64,000 nucleotides of DNA from NCBI GenBank assembly GCA_035390125.1, contig DAOOTD010000002.1:233908-297907 (forward strand). The letters run 5' to 3'. The DNA is from Candidatus Moraniibacteriota bacterium. GTDB taxonomy: Bacteria; Patescibacteriota; Minisyncoccia; Moranbacterales; GWC2-37-73. The position numbers and the translations under genes are program-made. Below are positions 58,425 through 64,000 of this stretch, piece by piece. Under the pieces are notes generated by a model, which made no database searches, was not told the DNA's origin, and saw only the letters and a list, made by a program, of their open reading frames with translations. Each line of letters starts with the position of its first letter. Position 1 is the first letter of the stretch.

Positions 58425-59909
58425 TTATAGATAGTATCTGAAAATTATATTGTTAAAAATTATATATAGCATGAATGTCATCATCAGAACCAGGCCAATA
58501 ATAAGAGAATATTCAAAATATTTTTGTCCATTAGAGGCTGATCCGTCTCGGGCGAATATTTTCTCCAGAAGAATTCCAAGTCCAGTGAAAACTAAAATAA
58601 TATGCGAGGTCAGATTCGGGATGAAATATCTTCCGGGAGTTCCAGTTTCAATGTGGCCATCATTATTATGAAAAAACATCCAATCGGCAAATCTTATTCC
58701 AAGCTGAAGCAATGCGAGCATTATTAAGAGAAAAACAATGTATTTTTTTTCAGGCAGATGTGAAAACTTTTTTTTCGAAAAGATAAAAAATGCAATTCCG
58801 ACAGCCGCAATAGCCTGGATAAGCCAGATTATATTGGTTCCATTACTGATACCCCAATTTTTTGTCCATGACAACATGCCCCAATAAGTCCTTGATGACA
58901 AGCCAAATCTGCCTATGGTAAGAGTTTTTGACAAATAATCCTTTACAGAAATAAATAGGTTGCAAATATTGGATATATTGTCAGGAAGATATTTTTTAAA
59001 ATAAATCAGAAGAGAAGCTGTTATGCAGGCAAAAATAAAAAGTGCGATATATTTTATTTTTCTGTTTTTATTCTTTACTTTTTCGTATAAAAAATACATA
59101 AACAACAGGGCAGCTCCTATCAAAAGAACAGATGCGGTCGGTTTAGTCAAAATTCCCAAAAAAACCGAAACAATAATCAGGAAAATATTTTTCCAATTCG
59201 GTCCGTTTTTCAGAGCCAAGATGCCTCCGAGTGTAAAAAGTGCAAACGTCAAAATCAGCAAAGCATCAGAATTTATGGTTGCATAATAGATCGAAAATCT
59301 TGGCTGGAAAGAAACAATAGCTGTCAAAAGCAAACTGTTTTTTGCGGAAAAACCGATATTTTTCGCAATTAAATAAGAAAATAAAATAAAAAGTGTTCCC
59401 AAAAAAACTGAAAAAATTCTAATCAGGTAATAACGGACAAGAATATTTTGATTGCCGAAACTTTTTTCTATGACGGTCAACAGGTTATGATATATTGATT
59501 TTTTGCCTACTTTGTTTGGAGGATAATATTCATTGTATTGATGCCAATCATTATTGATTATCTTATATTCATTTTTTCCATCATGGCCTTGGATAAAAGA
59601 AAAGGTATTGTAAAGATATTCAGTTGCATTGTCATAATCGATAGCCTTAGCTGTTTCTAATACTTCCTGAGAATAATTAAATTTTTGGATTGAATTTTTG
59701 TCTTCTACTTTTCTTTCAACAATAGGCCAAGTTACAGGTCGCTGTTCTGATAGATACTGGATGCTACTGTAATGCCTGGCTTCGTCTTGACCAACAAAAA
59801 TAGGCGTTATGGATGCCAAAAAAACACCTTTCAGAAAAAAGATAGTCAAAATAAGCGCTAAAATAGAAACTGGTTTCTTGAAAAAGGCAAAAAATTGAAA
59901 TTTTTCCAT
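58425..59909 (-). CDS. GT-C fold membrane glycosyltransferase (ArnT/PMT-like, GT39/GT83-type)
   Basis: Polytopic protein. The first extracytoplasmic loop carries the VGQDEARHY DE motif typical of GT-C enzymes. Confidence 0.55.
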   Translation of the reverse strand: MEKFQFFAFFKKPVSILALILTIFFLKGVFLASITPIFVGQDEARHYSSIQYLSEQRPVTWPIVERKVEDKNSIQKFNYSQEVLETAKAIDYDNATEYLYNTFSFIQGHDGKNEYKIINNDWHQYNEYYPPNKVGKKSIYHNLLTVIEKSFGNQNILVRYYLIRIFSVFLGTLFILFSYLIAKNIGFSAKNSLLLTAIVSFQPRFSIYYATINSDALLILTFALFTLGGILALKNGPNWKNIFLIIVSVFLGILTKPTASVLLIGAALLFMYFLYEKVKNKNRKIKYIALFIFACITASLLIYFKKYLPDNISNICNLFISVKDYLSKTLTIGRFGLSSRTYWGMLSWTKNWGISNGTNIIWLIQAIAAVGIAFFIFSKKKFSHLPEKKYIVFLLIMLALLQLGIRFADWMFFHNNDGHIETGTPGRYFIPNLTSHIILVFTGLGILLEKIFARDGSASNGQKYFEYSLIIGLVLMMTFMLYIIFNNIIFRYYL

Positions 59910-60005
59910 AACTAAAGTATACTTTAACTATTATCATAAGGCAATAAAAATGGCTATATATTCCATAAAATAATTGAATTTTAATCTTTTAACTTTAAAT
60001 ATTTT

Positions 60006-60065
60006 ATGAAAATTCTCGTAACCGGTGGTGCCGGCTTTACCCGCCCGCATCGCCAGCGAGCATAG
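60006..60065 (+). pseudogene. Orphan 5' fragment of an NAD-dependent epimerase gene (MKILVTGGAGF then out of family)
   Basis: ATGAAAATTCTCGTAACCGGTGGTGCCGGCTTT encodes the Rossmann N-terminus with GC-richer codons than the intact paralog at 60366. It breaks after GGAGF into GC-rich sequence, with a stop at 60063. Confidence 0.5.
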
Positions 60066-60329
60066 AAATGATATGTATTACACATATATTCTAGAAAGTA
60101 GCAAGGATAAAAACCTGTATATAGGATGGACGAATGATTTAAAAAAACGTTTCGAAAAGCATAATGCAGGAAAAGTTTTTTCAACAAAAATAAGAAGGCC
60201 ATTTGAATTAATATATTACGAGGCTTGTCTATCCAAGGAGGCTGCAATAAAAAGAGAAAAATATTTTAAAACAGGTTTTGGTCGTAGATTCTTAAAGAAT
60301 AGACTTGCTGGCTCGCGTGGCGGGCGGGT
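60039..60329. mobile_element. GIY-YIG cassette bounded by GC-rich inverted ends (ACCCGCCCG ... CGGGCGGGT)
   Basis: 9-bp perfect inverted repeat at 60039-60047 and 60321-60329, plus about 22 bp of GC-rich flanks that are atypical of the AT-rich surroundings. Confidence 0.35.
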
Positions 60330-60345
60330 AGGATCTAATATTTAA
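60073..60345 (+). CDS. GIY-YIG nuclease family protein (YhbQ/UPF0213-like)
   Basis: YYTYILES...KNLYIGWTNDLKKRFEKHN GIY-YIG motif. Confidence 0.8.
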   Translation: MYYTYILESSKDKNLYIGWTNDLKKRFEKHNAGKVFSTKIRRPFELIYYEACLSKEAAIKREKYFKTGFGRRFLKNRLAGSRGGRVGSNI

Positions 60346-60365
60346 AAAACTAAATTTTAAAAAAT

Positions 60366-61322
60366 ATGAAAGTATTGATAACAGGAGGAGCTGGCTTTAT
60401 CGGTTCTCATATAACTAAAAAACTGCTCAAAAGAGGCGACAGCGTTGTTTGCATTGATAATTTCAATGATTATTATTCTCCGGACATAAAAGAAAGGAAT
60501 GTCGAACCCTTTTTGGAAAATCCCAATTATAAGCTATATCGTGGTGATATTGCGGATTATGAAATGATGAAAAACATTTTCGAATCGGAAAAAATTGAAA
60601 GAGTTTGCCACTGTGCCGCCAGAGCCGGCGTGCGGGCCAGCATTGAAAACCCCTTTATTTATGAAGAAACTAATGTGAAAGGAACCCTTAATCTGCTTCA
60701 TTTGTCAAAAGAATTTAAAATTGAAAATTTTGTTCTATTCAGCACTTCTTCGGTGTATGGTGAAACAGAAAAGATACCATTTTCTGAAAAAGATGAAGTT
60801 AATCCAATTGCTCCTTATTCCGCGACCAAAATGGCGACCGAAATTTTAGGAAAAGTTTACCATCATGTGCACGGACTTAATGTTAATGTGATTCGTCCCT
60901 TTAATGTCTATGGCCCAAGTGGAAGACCGGATATGATTCCTTTCAAATTTACGCGCCTTATTGACGAGGGTGGGGAAATCACCAAATTCGGCGATGGAAC
61001 AATGAAACGTGATCACACTTATATCGATGATTTTGTGGAAGGAACTGTTTCGGCCATAGATAAAATTTTCGGTTTTGAAGTTTTTAATCTCGGAAATTCC
61101 AATCCGGTGGAGCTTAATCATTTCATAGAAGTAGTGGAAAATCTTCTAAGGAAAAAAGCGAAAATAAAAAATGTTCCAACTCCTTCGACAGAACTGCCGA
61201 TAACCTATGCCGATGTTTCCAAAGCCAAGGAAATGCTGGGCTATGAACCGAAAGTAAAAATTGAAGAAGGAATGAAAAGATTCGTGGAATGGTATCAGGA
61301 AAATAAAAAATTATACAAATAA
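60366..61322 (+). CDS. NAD-dependent nucleotide-sugar epimerase/dehydratase (extended SDR)
   Basis: TGGAGFIGSH Rossmann motif; YSATK catalytic YxxxK. Confidence 0.85.
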   Translation: MKVLITGGAGFIGSHITKKLLKRGDSVVCIDNFNDYYSPDIKERNVEPFLENPNYKLYRGDIADYEMMKNIFESEKIERVCHCAARAGVRASIENPFIYEETNVKGTLNLLHLSKEFKIENFVLFSTSSVYGETEKIPFSEKDEVNPIAPYSATKMATEILGKVYHHVHGLNVNVIRPFNVYGPSGRPDMIPFKFTRLIDEGGEITKFGDGTMKRDHTYIDDFVEGTVSAIDKIFGFEVFNLGNSNPVELNHFIEVVENLLRKKAKIKNVPTPSTELPITYADVSKAKEMLGYEPKVKIEEGMKRFVEWYQENKKLYK

Positions 61323-61367
61323 CATATTTAAAAATAACTTTTCTTAAAGAATAATTCCCAGTAAAAT

Positions 61368-62324
61368 ATGAAAAAAATATTTTTTTGGCCTAGGTTTATT
61401 TTGTCTGCAAATAGATATATTAATAAAAAAATAAATCATATCTTCTATCATATAAAAATAAAAATAGGAAATATTTTTTGCAATTATTGCTGTAGCGGCA
61501 TAAAACTTGCTTATTATAATGGTGTACCAAATTTTGGTGACTTATTAAACAAAGATATAATGAAATATTTGGGGGTTAATTATTGTTGTACAAGTTTTCA
61601 TAAATCAAATTTGTTGGCTATCGGAAGTATCTTAGGAGAAATTACTACTAATAATGATGTAGAAAAATTATCTAATCATGGCATCATAAATATTTGGGGA
61701 TCAGGTTTTATTAAAAAAGAGACATTAAGTAAAGAACATTTTATAAAAAACGTTAACATACATGCTTTAAGAGGAAATCTTTCAAAAAGTAGATGTGAAA
61801 AAATTTTAGGTTTTAATCTTAACAATATTGCACTTGGAGATCCGGGATTGTTAGCGGCAAGAGCTATTAAGTTTGATAATGTAGAAAAAAAATACGACGT
61901 TGGTATTGTTCCACATTATGTAGATAAAAATAGTAAGTTTTTAAATAATATAAAATTAAATCATAAAAGTTATAAAATTATAGATGTACAAGATGATACA
62001 AAAAAAGTATGCAAGGAGATAAATGAATGTAAACTTATTTTATCTTCAGCTATGCATGGACTAATTGTATCGGATAGCTATGGTATTCCTAATAAATGGA
62101 TTAGATTATCCGATGATGTTTTCGGTGGTGATTATAAGTTTAACGATTATTATTCTGTTTTTGATATTGCAGGAGTCAATCCGGTTGACTTGAGAAAAAA
62201 ATATATTATTGATAAAGATATAGATATATTTATTGATAATTATCAAATAAAAAAAGAAGAAGTTTCTAATATTTGTTTAAGATTAGAAGAATCTTTCTCT
62301 TATTTATATAAGAATAAAAAATAA
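61368..62324 (+). CDS. Polysaccharide pyruvyl transferase-like protein
   Basis: N-terminal YNGVPNFGDLLN motif (N-x-GD-x-L) typical of the family. Confidence 0.45.
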   Translation: MKKIFFWPRFILSANRYINKKINHIFYHIKIKIGNIFCNYCCSGIKLAYYNGVPNFGDLLNKDIMKYLGVNYCCTSFHKSNLLAIGSILGEITTNNDVEKLSNHGIINIWGSGFIKKETLSKEHFIKNVNIHALRGNLSKSRCEKILGFNLNNIALGDPGLLAARAIKFDNVEKKYDVGIVPHYVDKNSKFLNNIKLNHKSYKIIDVQDDTKKVCKEINECKLILSSAMHGLIVSDSYGIPNKWIRLSDDVFGGDYKFNDYYSVFDIAGVNPVDLRKKYIIDKDIDIFIDNYQIKKEEVSNICLRLEESFSYLYKNKK

Positions 62325-62395
62325 TTTTTTATTTGATCATTTTTTGAGTAAATCTTATTATTATAACGATTTATATTATCAAGATAAAGCCGATA

Positions 62396-63679
62396 ATGAT
62401 TTATATTATTAAAAAAATGATACGCAATATTTTATTAAAATATGGGGAAAAAATAGGGATAGATCTTCCATATTTTGTTAAGCATGGATTTTTTGCGACT
62501 ATGAGGCAAATTGTCGATTTATTGGCTGGATTATTGCTTGCGATTATGTTTGCAAGGTTTGCGACAAAGGATGTTTTTGGTCATTATCAATTTGTCATTG
62601 CAATTTTTTCCATAGTTTCAATTCTTTCTTTGCCGGGACTTAATACTTCAGTCGCTAGATCGGCAGCAATTGGAAAAGACGGGGATTATAAAAATGCTGT
62701 AAAAAAAAGTTTTATATATAGTCTCTGGGGTATTCCCATTTTGTTTATTATCGGAGTTTTTTATTATTTGACACAGAGCCAAGAATTGGGAATAGCTTTT
62801 GCGATCTCCTCATTTTTTTTCCCTCTTTTTTATGCTCCCAATACCTGGGGATCTTTTCTTCAGGGAAAAGGAAGATTTGATGTTTTCTTTAAGTTTGGAT
62901 CAACCCAGTCAATAATCAATGCAATCATTACAAGCATTGTGGTATTTTTAAACCAAAATAACTTATTACCGATAATATTTACTTATTTTATTACATACAC
63001 TATTTTTAATGCTGCATATTATTTTAAAAGTTTTAAATATGTCGAAAACGACGAAAAAGATCCAGATGCTATAAAGTATGGAAAATTTTTGACAATCATG
63101 AATATTTTTCAGTTGTTGGCTGAAAATGTCGACAAAATAATAGTGGGTCTATTAATGCCGGCATCAAGTCTGGCGGTATATGGGGTAATTTCTATGATAC
63201 CGGTAAGACTAAAGAATGTGTTTGGGTATATATTGAATATAACTTTTTCTAAAATAGCTTCTAAAAATATTGATATTAAAGATTTATTTAAAAGTAACAA
63301 AAAACTTCCATACATTATTTTATTTATGAGTATCTTAATAGGACTTATATATTACGTTTTGATTGAAAAGATAAGTTATTTGTTTTTTGGCAACGGATAT
63401 TCAGATTTTTATCAATACTCAAAAATTTTTACAGTCTTTATGATGTTATTATTGCCATACTCCTTGCTATATATATATGCAAATGCGAAAAAAATGGTTA
63501 AACTTATAAAATCCATATATCCGTTTTTCTTTTTTATCAAATTAATTGTCACAGTAATATTTGTCTATTTTTGGGGGTTGGTCGGGGCTGTAATTGCATA
63601 TAACATTAACGCTTTTATTTTAATATGTTTGTATTTGATTTATATAAACAGAGATAGTAAAAAACTAGGAACGTTTTAA
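62396..63679 (+). CDS. Polysaccharide biosynthesis flippase (Wzx/MOP superfamily)
   Basis: About 12 TM helices; 427 aa; context among glycosyltransferases. Confidence 0.6.
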   Translation: MIYIIKKMIRNILLKYGEKIGIDLPYFVKHGFFATMRQIVDLLAGLLLAIMFARFATKDVFGHYQFVIAIFSIVSILSLPGLNTSVARSAAIGKDGDYKNAVKKSFIYSLWGIPILFIIGVFYYLTQSQELGIAFAISSFFFPLFYAPNTWGSFLQGKGRFDVFFKFGSTQSIINAIITSIVVFLNQNNLLPIIFTYFITYTIFNAAYYFKSFKYVENDEKDPDAIKYGKFLTIMNIFQLLAENVDKIIVGLLMPASSLAVYGVISMIPVRLKNVFGYILNITFSKIASKNIDIKDLFKSNKKLPYIILFMSILIGLIYYVLIEKISYLFFGNGYSDFYQYSKIFTVFMMLLLPYSLLYIYANAKKMVKLIKSIYPFFFFIKLIVTVIFVYFWGLVGAVIAYNINAFILICLYLIYINRDSKKLGTF

Positions 63680-63704
63680 TATTAAATTGTATATAATTTA
63701 AAAA

Positions 63705-64000
63705 TATGGCAGATGCAAATGATTATTTCATATACATTATTATCCCCACCTATAATCGTGAAAAAATGATAAAAAGAGCTCTTGATTCTGTTATTTCACA
63801 GTCATTTAAAAATTGGAAAGCTATAGTTGTTGATGATGGATCAACGGATGGAACAAAGTTGGTAGTCAATGAATACTCAGAAAAAAACAAAGATAAGATA
63901 ATTTATAAATATAAAAAAAATGGCGGATCCGGCAGTGCGAGAAATTTAGGCATAGAAACCGTTTTAGCTGAAAATCCGAGCGATAACGCATTGATTTCTT
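63705..64000 (+). CDS. GT2 glycosyltransferase (3' truncated by window edge)
   Basis: YIIIPTYNREKMIKRALDSVISQSF...VVDDGSTDGT; the ORF runs off the end. Confidence 0.75.

Overview
This is an AT-rich (roughly one-third GC by eye) bacterial chromosomal segment that is almost entirely + strand housekeeping genes. Its architecture resembles Candidate Phyla Radiation / Patescibacteria genomes. Several ribosomal proteins carry unusual extensions (L22, S19, S16, L23) or a C4 zinc ribbon (L24). There is no L30 gene between rpsE and rplO. The ribonucleotide reductase is the anaerobic class III type.

Gene order across the window:
- ftsA (5' truncated) and ftsZ.
- nrdR, nrdD, a small glycyl-radical ORF, and nrdG.
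- A YggU-like gene and a split or frameshifted comEC.
- ndk, tRNA-Pro, two NUDIX genes, a YgjP-like hydrolase, a PolB-like exonuclease, rpmB on the - strand, and an M50 protease.
- rpsL, rpsG and fusA, then a histidine phosphatase on the - strand, then tuf.
- The S10, spc and alpha-start operons, running rpsJ through rplO, secY, adk and map.
- ruvX, a GT2 gene and a galT-like gene.
- tpiA and fba, a two-subunit [NiFe] hydrogenase, then gap.
- A hinge-less short SMC and hup.
- A 798-aa secreted cysteine-rich tandem-repeat protein plus a lipoprotein.
- rpsP, an L10 leader, rplJ and rplL.
- CIRCE-controlled hsp20, and htrA.
- tRNA-Gln, dnaX and a GtrA-family gene on the - strand.
- A P-type ATPase, a short MGMT and tsaC.
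- A GT-C glycosyltransferase on the - strand.
- A GIY-YIG cassette with GC-rich inverted ends.
- The start of a polysaccharide cluster: an epimerase, a pyruvyl-transferase-like gene, a flippase and a GT2.

No CRISPR array, rRNA or classical transposase is visible.

The most interesting candidates:
- (i) A stand-alone zinc-ribbon/glycyl-radical mini-protein that duplicates the NrdD C-terminus through a 95-bp near-identical repeat. It may be a GrcA-like spare part for class III RNR.
- (ii) A giant Cys-rich surface repeat protein with TSP1-like repeats that are homogenised at the nucleotide level.
- (iii) A [NiFe] hydrogenase inserted in a glycolytic operon.
- (iv) A GIY-YIG insertion that carries an orphan epimerase 5' fragment.
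- (v) A comEC broken at an A7 tract.
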